Shown here: piece by piece, positions 48,355-59,313 of the stretch
Layout of the letters: every line of letters begins with the position of its first letter
Numbering within the stretch: the stretch's first letter is position 1
Assembly: GCF_044324785.1 (NCBI RefSeq)
Contig: NZ_CP172127.1
Origin: Escherichia coli
Lineage (GTDB): Bacteria > Pseudomonadota > Gammaproteobacteria > Enterobacterales > Enterobacteriaceae
Length of the DNA: 64,000 nt
Strand: one strand, 5' to 3'
Translations under genes and position numbers: made by a program
Notes under the pieces: generated by a model
The model's input: only the letters and a program-made list of their open reading frames with translations
Told to the model about the DNA's origin: nothing
Database searches by the model: none

Positions 48355-48885
48355 ATGGCAAAAAGTACAAAAGGGGCAAAACGTATCAAAGCCGCAGCAG
48401 CACTCTGGGTGCCGGGGACACGCGAAGAGGTCATTGAGGGAATCAGACTGCTTGGTGACGCGCAACGTGAACTGGTCAGGGCTGAAACAGAAATGAATGA
48501 CACCATTGGCGACATCACCGCACGTTATGCCCCGCTCACCGAGAGCCTGAAAAAACGCATGGCCGAACTGCAGTCCGGTATTCAGACATGGTGTGAGGCA
48601 CACCGTGATGAACTGACCGGCAACGGGAAGGTGAAGTTCGCTAACCTCACCACCGGCGAGGTGCAGTGGCGAAACCGTCCGCCGTCAGTCAGTATCCGTG
48701 GGGCGGATAATGTTATTGAATTACTGAGACGTCTGGGGCTTGAGCGCTTTATCCGTGTAAAGGAGGAAATAAATAAAGACGCCATCCTGAATGAAAAGGA
48801 CGCCGTGAAAAATATTCCCGGTATTACCATAAAAAGTGATATTGAGGATTTTTCAATAATTCCTTTTGAGCAGAATGTGCAGTAA
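48355..48885 (+). CDS. gam: Host-nuclease inhibitor Gam
   Basis: 176 aa closely matching Mu Gam along its length (AKRIKAAAALWVP...IGDAQRE...ETEMND...WCEAHRDELT...IRVKEEINKDAIL...DFSIIPFEQ). Confidence 0.85.
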   Translation: MAKSTKGAKRIKAAAALWVPGTREEVIEGIRLLGDAQRELVRAETEMNDTIGDITARYAPLTESLKKRMAELQSGIQTWCEAHRDELTGNGKVKFANLTTGEVQWRNRPPSVSIRGADNVIELLRRLGLERFIRVKEEINKDAILNEKDAVKNIPGITIKSDIEDFSIIPFEQNVQ

Positions 48886-48981
48886 AAACAGCATATAAGC
48901 TATTTAAAACAGCCTTTTCTTTTTTATTCCGGCATCAGCGCCGTGGGCTTCTGCACGCCGGAAACAGAGGAGAATTAAATC

Positions 48982-49176
48982 ATGATATTTAAATGTATTC
49001 AGTGCGAGAGGGATATAACAGCCCTGCGTTTTCACAGCGCCATCGCCGTGATGTCCGGTAAGTACCACGTACCTGCAGTACGCGTCACCCTGGTCTGTCC
49101 GTACTGCAGTCAGCATTTTTCGGCAGACGTGCCCGTCATGGAATTCTCCCGCCCTGACAGGGAGGACTCGCAATGA
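48982..49176 (+). CDS. Small zinc-ribbon protein (64 aa)
   Basis: Two CxxC pairs (CIQC ... CPYC). Confidence 0.4.
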   Translation: MIFKCIQCERDITALRFHSAIAVMSGKYHVPAVRVTLVCPYCSQHFSADVPVMEFSRPDREDSQ

Positions 49177-49445
49177 TTACCCCACAGGAAGCACGACAGC
49201 GCACCCGAACCCTTGTTGAACACTATGTCAACGAGTGTGAATGCCGCGACCTCACCGATGTGAAGCACGTCCTGACGGCGCTAATCAGCATGACCGCTCA
49301 GGCCATTGTGGCGACCAACGGAAAGGCGGCTGCCCTGCAGGTACTGGTGAACACACTCACCCACACGGCAGAGCACGATGTGCCGTACCGGATGGAAACC
49401 ACTGCAGAAGGCGGCCTGAACATCACCGTCGACCGGAAACACTGA
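49173..49445 (+). CDS. Hypothetical early protein (90 aa)
   Basis: Coupled ORF. Confidence 0.4.
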   Translation: MITPQEARQRTRTLVEHYVNECECRDLTDVKHVLTALISMTAQAIVATNGKAAALQVLVNTLTHTAEHDVPYRMETTAEGGLNITVDRKH

Positions 49446-49454
49446 GGGCGCGGC

Positions 49455-49760
49455 ATGACACGGAACACCGAACTCACCCGCACCGCCCTCTACCGTCTGG
49501 CCCTGCAGCGTTTCGGGCCGGACGCACAGGCCCTGAAACTGACAGAAGAGGCCGCTGAACTGGCGGCCAGTGCCGCCCGCAACCTGAACGGACAGGGCAG
49601 CGAAAGTGACCTCGCGGCAGAGCTGGCAGACGTGGAAATCATGACAGAGCAGCTGCGCCTTCAGGGAATGGACCGGCTGATTGACTTCCACAAACAGAAA
49701 AAACTGGAACGCCTTGCCGCACGGCTGGGCGTCATGTACACCGGAGATACTGAACAATGA
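49455..49760 (+). CDS. Small MazG-like nucleotide pyrophosphohydrolase-type protein (tentative)
   Basis: 101 aa helical protein with EEAAELAA...AELADVEIM pattern reminiscent of MazG-type NTP-PPase. Confidence 0.4.
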   Translation: MTRNTELTRTALYRLALQRFGPDAQALKLTEEAAELAASAARNLNGQGSESDLAAELADVEIMTEQLRLQGMDRLIDFHKQKKLERLAARLGVMYTGDTEQ

Positions 49761-50440
49761 CAGACCAGGATAAACACATTGAGAAACTGAAAAAGTTGCT
49801 GGCGCTGGCCGCATCCGGCAACCCTCACGAGGCCGCTCTGGCACTGCGCCGTGCCCGTAAACTGATGGATGTTCACGGCATCACACATTCCGACATCGCC
49901 ATGAGTGATATTGATGAAACCATCAGTCACTACTGGCCGACAGGCAGCCTCCGTCCACCGCGCTACATGCTGGGCCTGATGAACATCATCCGCGAGGCAT
50001 TTGGTGTTAACTCCATCATTCACCCCGGCACATATCCGGGTGTGGGGTTCTACGGCAACCGGGAACGGGCTGCACTGGCTGCGTACACCTGGGAAGTGCT
50101 GGCCCGCCAGCTGAAAAAGGCGCGTCAGCAATATATCAGCGCACAGAACAAAAGAATAAAAACTGCCACCCGTACCAGCCGTGGTGACCAGTTTGCTGAA
50201 GGCTGGGTGCTGGCCGTTATCAGTGAAATACAGTCCTTCGCCCTGACCGATGACGAACGTGAACTGATGCAGCAGTGGCTGGAACATAAATACCCGCAGA
50301 CGCAAACCACCAGGGCGCGTAAACCGGGAAGAAGCCGCAATGGCGACGCCTCGCGCTATGCGGGGTTTCTTGAAGGGCAGAACGTCAGACTGCACCGCCC
50401 GGTCAGTGGGCAGGAACAACAGAAACTGGAGGCCAGATGA
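49757..50440 (+). CDS. Hypothetical early protein (227 aa), DUF2786-like N-terminus
   Basis: N-terminal IEKLKKLLALAASGNPHEAALALRRARKLM pattern. Confidence 0.45.
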   Translation: MTDQDKHIEKLKKLLALAASGNPHEAALALRRARKLMDVHGITHSDIAMSDIDETISHYWPTGSLRPPRYMLGLMNIIREAFGVNSIIHPGTYPGVGFYGNRERAALAAYTWEVLARQLKKARQQYISAQNKRIKTATRTSRGDQFAEGWVLAVISEIQSFALTDDERELMQQWLEHKYPQTQTTRARKPGRSRNGDASRYAGFLEGQNVRLHRPVSGQEQQKLEAR

Positions 50441-50667
50441 TTACGCTATCAGGTAAAAGCCGGAAATTAAAAGCCTGCCGAATATCTGCCAGATACCTTT
50501 TTGCCCGCGCCTTTTTTAAGAACGTCAGGCCGGGGATCACAATTGGTGTTATTGCCGGACGCGAACAGGTTGAAAAATACATGTCAGGTGCATGGTGGAA
50601 TAACGACCCTGTCATTGCTGCCCGTAATATTCATATCAGTTGGGGGGATATTCAGAATGACGGCTGA
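50437..50667 (+). CDS. Hypothetical small protein (76 aa)
   Basis: Coupled ORF. Confidence 0.3.
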   Translation: MITLSGKSRKLKACRISARYLFARAFFKNVRPGITIGVIAGREQVEKYMSGAWWNNDPVIAARNIHISWGDIQNDG

Positions 50668-50872
50668 ATCTGTTGTATGTGCCCTGTTCTGGTATTGTTT
50701 TGTCGGTTGGTGTACTGCTGAACTGCACCGCCGTTCAGGGTTTTATTCACGTTACAGTGGTGCTGGCTACTGGATTAGCTGGTCGGTGATGTTCCTGTGC
50801 TGGCCTGTGGCGCTTCCTTTATATGTCGATTATATCGGTGGCGCAGGTAAAAGGAGCAACGATGATGACTAA
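50664..50872 (+). CDS. Small membrane protein (2 TM)
   Basis: VVCALFWYCFVGWC and WSVMFLCWPVALPLYV hydrophobic segments. Confidence 0.35.
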
Positions 50873-51314
50873 ACAACGTCTTATCCAGCTCATTCATATT
50901 GCCCGTAATGAACTGGGTATGGATGAAGACACCTACCGCCAGATGTTACAGGGGCTGACCGGTAAAGCCTCAACCAAAGGAATGGATACCACACAACTAA
51001 ACTGCGTGCTGGAATCCATGAAAAGGAAAGGCTTTCGCGTTAAGCCTGCCGGAAAAGCCAGCTCCGGTTTACCGCTGGATAACCATCCGCAGTCCAGGAA
51101 AATCCGTGCGCTATGGCTTGAAATGGCTGCTGCCGGCATTGTTCGTGACCGTTCAGAAAATGCATTAGCGCGGTGGATCAAGCGGGAAACGGGCATCAGC
51201 GCCCTGCGCTGGCTCAGTACTGAACAGGCAAGCAGTGTTATTGAGAAACTGAAGAAGTGGCAGCGCAGAGCTGCGGGAGTCAAACATGAGCGACCTGAAT
51301 CAGTTTCGAAGTAA
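50862..51314 (+). CDS. gemA: GemA-like regulatory protein (Mu gp16 family)
   Basis: SD AGGAG before ATG; position immediately before Mor; size ~150 aa. Confidence 0.6.
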   Translation: MMTKQRLIQLIHIARNELGMDEDTYRQMLQGLTGKASTKGMDTTQLNCVLESMKRKGFRVKPAGKASSGLPLDNHPQSRKIRALWLEMAAAGIVRDRSENALARWIKRETGISALRWLSTEQASSVIEKLKKWQRRAAGVKHERPESVSK

Positions 51315-51684
51315 AGGGCCGGAACTCCTGGTGGAGCTGGCACAGCATACCTCTGAGACCGTTCGCGAGATTATTGATATTGAGCCCGCAATTGCCGACC
51401 AGATTGGTCAGGCCGTCGCGAACCGAATGATGCAGGTCTGGGGCGGGCAAAACGTTTATTTCCCGATGGGCATGGTATGGAAGGTCAGTCAGCGCGACCG
51501 GGAAATCTTCAGGGAGTTTAACGGACGCAACCACCACGAACTGGCCCGCAAGTTTGGTGTTTCGCTTCAGTGGGTCTACAGCGTGGTTAAGCGGGTCAGA
51601 AAAGAAGAACTGGATCGGATGCAGGGCAGGTTGTTTGATGAAGATCTGCCAGAGGAGACGAAAGACGTTAACAAATCCAGATAA
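51286..51684 (+). CDS. mor: Mor-like middle-operon transcriptional activator
   Basis: C-terminal ...VYFPMG...REIFREFNGRNHHELARKFGVSLQWVYSVVKR matches the Mor/C family HTH. Confidence 0.7.
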   Translation: MSDLNQFRSKGPELLVELAQHTSETVREIIDIEPAIADQIGQAVANRMMQVWGGQNVYFPMGMVWKVSQRDREIFREFNGRNHHELARKFGVSLQWVYSVVKRVRKEELDRMQGRLFDEDLPEETKDVNKSR

Positions 51685-51730
51685 TTCCTGCTTGTTAAAG
51701 TCCTTTCAAAAATCTCCTTATTGTATAAAA

Positions 51731-51760
51731 GCACGGTAGACCCCTTACCGTGCTTTTTTT
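51731..51760 (+). terminator. Rho-independent terminator after mor
   Basis: Perfect 8-bp stem GCACGGTA/TACCGTGC, 7-nt loop, followed by TTTTTTT (51754-51760). Confidence 0.65.
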
Positions 51761-51798
51761 ATGCTCTCTCTTTAGTATTCAGGATGCAGGGAGAAAAT

Positions 51799-52431
51799 AT
51801 GTTTGACGTTTCGTTGTTAAATCTGCCATGGGCAACACTGGTGACCCTGACCAGTGGCTATATTGGGTATTTTATTGCGAATGTGGGACTGAAGGATCAC
51901 CACAAGCCCATTGAGGTGACTTTTTCTTCGCTGATTTTTGGCCTGACAGCAATGATGGCTTACCAGGCTGTTATGTGGGCAGGTCTGAATGCCTGGCTGG
52001 CAACACCACCAGCACTTCTGTGTGCCGTTACATGCGGTGCGTGGTGGCGCAGGTACGGTCGCAAATGGATGTACAGATTACTGTGGAATAATGATATTTC
52101 ATGGTCTGACGATACCAGCTCAGCATGGCAGGCAATGTTTGATCAAACAGGCTTCAGCGTTACCGAGGTCAGAGTGATTCTTCGCGATGGTTCCGGTATG
52201 ATGTCACGGCTGCCAGGGAACTTTGAAGAGTGGCCTAACGGTCCGTTTACCCTGGGGAATAAAGGCGATATGGTTCTTTACGTCACGCACAGCAGCCCTT
52301 CAGGCAGTAACGAATGGGAAGAGTATAAAGGCGTGGTTGATAAGTACTGGGGAGCTCTGGCAACCTATATTCCAGCAGATCAGATTGCCAGAGTGGAGAT
52401 CAGGCGCGTTCGTGCAACGAACGATGAATGA
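51799..52431 (+). CDS. Membrane-anchored protein (211 aa), candidate moron / superinfection-exclusion factor
   Basis: Own SD (GGGAGA) after the mor terminator; N-terminal TM helices (WATLVTLTSGYIGYFIANVGL, FSSLIFGLTAMMAYQAVMWAGL) plus soluble C-terminal domain; last gene before the prophage right end. Confidence 0.55.
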   Translation: MFDVSLLNLPWATLVTLTSGYIGYFIANVGLKDHHKPIEVTFSSLIFGLTAMMAYQAVMWAGLNAWLATPPALLCAVTCGAWWRRYGRKWMYRLLWNNDISWSDDTSSAWQAMFDQTGFSVTEVRVILRDGSGMMSRLPGNFEEWPNGPFTLGNKGDMVLYVTHSSPSGSNEWEEYKGVVDKYWGALATYIPADQIARVEIRRVRATNDE

Positions 52432-52744
52432 TGTTTATTTTTTCCCTGGGGCAGGGGCTGCCGGCATAGTGGTTTTATTGGCAGAGGAAGACGATTCTCC
52501 TTTTCTACCGGAATCGCGCTCGAACGTCACGATGTGCTTGCTTTTGGGCTTTTCTGAGTAATCCAGGCTATCATGCTTATTGTTTTGAGTAGTCATTGGA
52601 ATCATCCTTTTTGTTGCGGGTCATGTTTCAGCAAACTCGATTCTAAGTTGCCAGGAAGGATGATTTCAATGCCCGACTTATCTATCGTATAGCGGAAAAG
52701 AATTTCAGTTCTGTTCACCAGAACCCATGTTAACCCACTCCAAT

Positions 52745-52792
52745 TCGTTATTTATCTCACGGATCCCCCTTCATTTATCTCATGTCTGATCA
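52745..52792. repeat. Prophage right terminus with two putative transposase-binding motifs (inverted relative to left end)
   Basis: Reverse complement reads TGATCAGACATGAGATAAATGAAGGGGGATCCGTGAGATAAATAACG; motifs at + 52772-52779 and 52749-52756. Confidence 0.6.
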
Positions 52793-53245
52793 GTTCCCGC
52801 CCTGCGGCAGGCTAAACCACGCCATGCCGTCGTGGTGCATCCCGGCCTGCGCCGCCTGTTCTTCCGTGGTGTTGCTACCGTCGGTTTTAAAAACCGGCAG
52901 ATTTCCGGCAATCCCGGTGGCGTCGCCCCATTTGTAGAAGGGCTTCGCGATGTATCCTTCCGGCACGATAACGGTATCTTCCGTGGAAACCGGCAGGCTG
53001 GTGAAACCGAGCGTCGTCGCTTTGCCGAGGTTACCGCTTGCTTTGGAGACCACTTTCGCCAGCGCGTTTTCCTGTTTCAGCAGAAATGGGAACGCTGCCG
53101 CGGCACCGGCGACCGTGCCTGCCTGTAACAGACGGCGGCGTGACAAATAGACTTCCGCCACCTGCGAAAACGCGCGGTTATCGCTCGGGTTACTGATTTC
53201 TTCACTATGCTCACGTTTGAATAAAGTTTTTAACGGTCTGCCCAT
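52793..53245 (-). pseudogene. phoX: PhoX-family secreted phosphatase gene, 5' part (Tat signal), separated from its 3' part by the prophage
   Basis: Twin-arginine motif SRRRLLQAGTVAGAAAAFPF; frame terminated by TGA supplied by the prophage terminal TGATCA. Confidence 0.65.
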
Positions 53246-53667
53246 TGCGGTTTCCTTTCAAAAAATCGATTTCAAGGGGAATCATTTTTATGCACGTGAG
53301 TCTACGGAAAGATTGTTACGGAAATATAACAATTGTCATAAAAAACCGGCGATAAAATCATCTATGGTCGGGACGCGGTTTCAGGTATGATGTGAGGCTA
53401 GAATTCTGAACGCTCTCTTTTGTTGAGCATATATGGACGTCCCAGATGAGGCAAGTACTGGTTCGATGCGGTTTGCGACCATATATCCGGCGTCGTTAGT
53501 AGGTTCAATGACCTGCGCCATGATGTTATCCGGGCCCTATTTCCTAATCACTACACCGGTATTTGATTACCCAGGTCAACTTCAGACTGTTACAGGGGCG
53601 GTAGCCGTTATCTCATCAGTGAATGTAAACTCAGTTAAAAATATTTTCTATAACTTACTGTTTTTCT

Positions 53668-53877
53668 TTAATTCATCACAACGGCCTTCTGCATATTAAA
53701 ATCAATACTATCGCTCAAAACACGCCAGATGATTCTTGTCAGCTTATTCGCCAGCGCACCAGTGGTTTTCAGGAACCCTCGACGGGCTTCCATCCTTTGC
53801 AGACAAATACTCAGACTGTCAGTGAGCTTTTTCACACAGCGCATTACAGACTGAAATGGCACACTGAATTTGGTCAC
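53668..53877 (-). pseudogene. IS110-family transposase C-terminal remnant
   Basis: ...RRGFLKTTGALANKLTRIIWRVLSD resembles the IS110-family C-terminal helix. Confidence 0.4.
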
Positions 53878-53887
53878 CTGAACAGAG

Positions 53888-54624
<737 letters not shown>

Positions 54625-54630
54625 CTAGCT

Positions 54631-54667
<37 letters not shown>

Positions 54668-55006
54668 TAATTACACTGTGGGTTGACGCCGGAAGAATCA
54701 GAGAACAGATACCGTTCTTACTGTAAAACGTGGCTAATATTAATTGAGCACTGCAGTGTTCAGAGCACAAAGAAGAAAAAAGATGTGTGCGAATGCCTGT
54801 AATGTGTTAAAAGAATGTTCCGCGTTTCCGGTACGCTTTTCGTAACTAACAATGCAGGGTGACGTAACGCTGGTTGTGCCGGAAACGCGTCCCTCCCCCT
54901 ATCTTTCCTGTTTGGATTTGCCCCTATATTTCTGGATTATCCGACAAAACCGGCGTGAAGTATTACTCTCGTCGCCCAGCACCATAAGGATAACGCCCAT
55001 AAAATC

Positions 55007-55372
55007 ATGAAACTTTTCTTCCAGATTGGATACAATCAGGCCGTATCCCGTATTACAGGCTTATCACGTGTGACAGTCAGTCTCTGGGTGTGTTCAGGAA
55101 CATTCCCTGAAATGTCAACCCGGCCTCCAGAGCGAGGACTTCTGGCCCCATGGAGGGAGTGGTTAAAAGAGCAACGAGAAAGTGGTAACTTCGGCGCGTG
55201 GCTGCAAGGATGGCAGCTGATGCTGCGGCTATATGTGAGGCAATCGGCAGTCGCTGGAATAATGGGGGTTGTCGAAAGTCATGTAAATAGACTAAAAATG
55301 CTGAAAGGCCAGATGTATGGTCGAGCCGGATTTGAACTACTCAGACAGAGGGTCATGAGTCCACTGGCATGA
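55007..55372 (+). CDS. AlpA-like HTH regulator (tentative)
   Basis: ...AVSRITGLSRVTVSLWVCSGTFP... resembles the AlpA/Xis-type HTH. Confidence 0.35.
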   Translation: MKLFFQIGYNQAVSRITGLSRVTVSLWVCSGTFPEMSTRPPERGLLAPWREWLKEQRESGNFGAWLQGWQLMLRLYVRQSAVAGIMGVVESHVNRLKMLKGQMYGRAGFELLRQRVMSPLA

Positions 55373-55426
55373 AAATCTCCATCCAGGTTGCGTAAGAGCC
55401 ACTTTTCATCCGTCGTCGATATCTGG

Positions 55427-56621
<1,195 letters not shown>

Positions 56622-56981
56622 TTAACGTTATCCGCTGACGTCGATATTCCCGTGGTGAGAGATAACCTAACGCACTATGCGGATGGTTTTCATTGTAATG
56701 CTCGAACGCCTCTGCAAGGTTATGCAATGCCGTTATTACATTCAGTTTCGGCATGAACGCGATGTAGTCTTCATTCACGTTTTCACGAACCTTTCTGCCA
56801 TTCTATTGCTCTGAGGGCTACTGACTGCCGTCGTGCAGGGCTCCAGATTCAACTCTCTGGCGAATTGCCGTGTTTCATGAGCCGTATAAGCCGAACCGTT
56901 ATCCGTCCGCCACTGGATTGCTCGTTCCGGTCCTTTATCGCCAAAGCGTTTTTCTATCGCTCCTAACATCACATCCTGCAC
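56622..56981 (-). pseudogene. IS2-like (IS3-family) transposase OrfB C-terminal remnant, frameshifted and cut by IS5
   Basis: ...[45 protein letters not shown] and ...[43 protein letters not shown] in two frames; reading continues into the IS5 end. Confidence 0.55.
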
Positions 56982-57403
56982 TGTCGGCTTTATCGTAACC
57001 TCCCGTACTGGTCACGGGCAGACTGTTCATCATGTTAAACCCAGCCGCTGTCAGATCATGCACCGGCCGGATGGCGGGCTGACCTGCCCCGCCGCGCTGC
57101 TGCCCGCCAATCCATTTCTTACCTTCCTTCCCGGTGGCCTGACGTCCGGCCTCGTCCCCTTTCACCGCATCACCGTCACCGCTGTTCACCACCTTCTTGT
57201 ACTCTTCCAGCATCGCTGGCCTGCGTCCATTTGCTGCGATCAGAAAAGTCCATCATCCGTTTTGCCATGTTCTGGCAGTTCAGTTACGCCTTGTCGAAAG
57301 CCACATTCGCCTGCAGCACACCGTTGGTGATCATGTCGTACAGGCCGGGGTTGGCACGCTGTATCACCATCGCCGGCAGACTGGCAGCGGCGCCGGTCGC
57401 CCC

Positions 57404-57745
57404 CTAAATCACATCCCCCATCAGATTTTTAAAGCCGTCGGTCAATCCGTTAAGATGATTACCCACCGTGGTCTTCAGGTCAAAGTTGCCGCACATCAGA
57501 TCGCTGCTCCAGCCCAGGTCCATACCCAGCTTCTGCATGTTGCTGCGCGTGGCCAACTGTGAGATCACCGAGCCGCCACCCAGCGTATAGAACAGTTTGT
57601 CGGATACGGCGCCATCCACGGATTTCCCGTAACCGAACGTGCTGTCATTCAGTTTCGGCAGGGAAAGAAGATCAGCCATCGCCGGAATACTGCAGTACAG
57701 CATCACACTCAGTGCCACCATACCTGTTTTCATCTTCATCATCAT
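57404..57745 (-). pseudogene. Conjugative-transfer TraH-like protein, N-terminal remnant
   Basis: Signal peptide plus ...DLKTTVGNHLNGLTDGFKNLMGDVI; ORF ends prematurely relative to TraH-size proteins. Confidence 0.35.
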
Positions 57746-57751
57746 GGTTCC

Positions 57752-58726
57752 TTAAAAATTCGTACTGCCAAGGAATCGCTGCCCGCGCTTTTCGAAGCAG
57801 CTGTAAGGCTGCCACAGTGCAAAGGCTGCATTACCGTTCTCCGCCGCCTGGTGTTCACCATCCGGGAAAACGGCACAGGAACGCGACACTGACGGCGTCA
57901 GTCGCTGCCATTTGTGATTGCGGGTGCCGGTGTTTTCCTCCACCGCCTCCGGGGGCCAGTAGCCGTCACGTTTCACGCCCTTAACCTCCCTGTAGACATG
58001 CGACTCCCCCATCCGCGTGATAATGTCGGCCACCCGCTGAGCCCCCACCGCCGCGGCCCGGTCATCATCGCTCTGCATCACAAAACCACTCCGGTGATAA
58101 ACGCTCCCCCACATGTTTTTATCGGCCTAGCTGCCAATCTCGCGTTTGCCGGGAACCTGTGCCTCTGGATACAGGGATTCAGGTAATCCCGTTCGCTAGA
58201 CGATGCTGTCCAGGGTACTGAGGAAATAGGCCATGGCCGGTGTCACCGGTGAATCACAGCTGAATCCGGGTACCATCCCGCCGATAAGCTGTGTGGCCGG
58301 ATGACCCAGCGCATCTGCATATTTGAAACGAATTGCTGAACGGCGCTTCCCCTGTATTTTCATATCCGCCGGATTTCCCCCGCCGGCACTCAGCCCGGAC
58401 AGGCCGTCAGTGATGGCATTCTCCGGGCCACCTGCGGTCCGGCTGACCAGCGACATCTCTTTCCAGGGATTACCACCCGGTGCCGTATAGGTGGAAATAA
58501 CCACTTCCGGGATGAAATGTGTCACCTTCACGGAAATTCTGACCGTACAGCCAGACGCGCTGCAGTAAAGCCAGTAACAAATCCCGCTGACACGCCAGCT
58601 GATATAGTCCGGTGCCGCAGTACTGGCGATAATGCTGGCGGTGTTCAGTGATACAGACGCCAGGGGCAGTGATGCCACACTCAGTAACAGCACGCCGGTA
58701 CGCAGACGACATTTCAGGGACATCAT
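57752..58726 (-). pseudogene. Conjugative-transfer TraU-like protein, split by frameshift
   Basis: Two consecutive ORFs (58196-58726, 57752-58114) with Cys-rich segment GICYWLYCSASGC and TraU-like C-terminal pattern. Confidence 0.35.
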
Positions 58727-58839
58727 GGCTGCACTCCTCCCTCAGCACGGATTTTCCCGGCCATCACCACATCCATGGTGCCGTAAACCACCTCACTGTC
58801 ATCAAACACCACGGCAGGGTATTTCTTCACGCCCAGCGA

Positions 58840-59118
58840 CTAGGCATGTGCCACATCGCGGTAATGACCGGCCAGTTCCGCCTGCATCGTCTGCCATTCG
58901 GGAGACTTCATACGTACCCTGACCACCGATTCAGCCTCACCCGCATCAGCAGGCAACAGGCCCCAAAAGCGGCTCTGAAGCTGCTCAGGCGCATCCAGCA
59001 GAACCACCCTGACACCATCAGGAGGATTAACGGGAAGATGCTGAGAATCGGTATAAATTGTTGTGCCGGCAGACGCTGCCAGCGGCAGGAAAAACAGGGA
59101 ACAGAAAATCCGGTACAT
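58840..59118 (-). CDS. Small exported protein (92 aa), possible transfer-region protein
   Basis: N-terminal signal peptide MYRIFCSLFFLPLAASAG. Confidence 0.3.
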   Translation of the reverse strand: MYRIFCSLFFLPLAASAGTTIYTDSQHLPVNPPDGVRVVLLDAPEQLQSRFWGLLPADAGEAESVVRVRMKSPEWQTMQAELAGHYRDVAHA

Positions 59119-59313
59119 CGTACACCTCAGTCAGATATTATCTGACTGACAGCGTGCGAAGAAAGCGCTCATTTATCAGCAATAAATTAAAAACGGGATT
59201 AAAAAATTACGGTGGGATCCGGGGAAGTGTATCTGCCAAGCATAACAGACAGTCTGTGATTATACCCGGCCTTTCACAAAGCCGGGGAACTGATTCATAC
59301 CAAGTGGTGATTT

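Larger units (their letters stand above)
14452..52792 (-). mobile_element. Mu-like transposable prophage (~38.3 kb), divergent early/late arms
   Basis: Termini 5'-TGATGCG...TGATCA-3'; flanking GTTCC(C) direct repeat; subterminal GATAAAT(G/A) motifs at offsets 14-21 and 37-44 from both ends; MuA/MuB-like genes, Gam, GemA, Mor, Mu-type head and tail; interrupts phoX in frame. Confidence 0.85.

Noticed and set aside
49661-50419. 252-aa minus-strand ORF
   Set aside because: Antisense to the coupled early genes 49757-50440; no independent support
14452-52792. Integrase/tRNA-type attachment site for the prophage
   Set aside because: No integrase gene and no tRNA at either junction; ends show transposition hallmarks (TG...CA, short target duplication, subterminal motif repeats)
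53433-53699. 88-aa plus-strand ORF in the region between phoX promoter and the IS110-like remnant
   Set aside because: No SD and low-complexity product; most likely noncoding IS-end DNA
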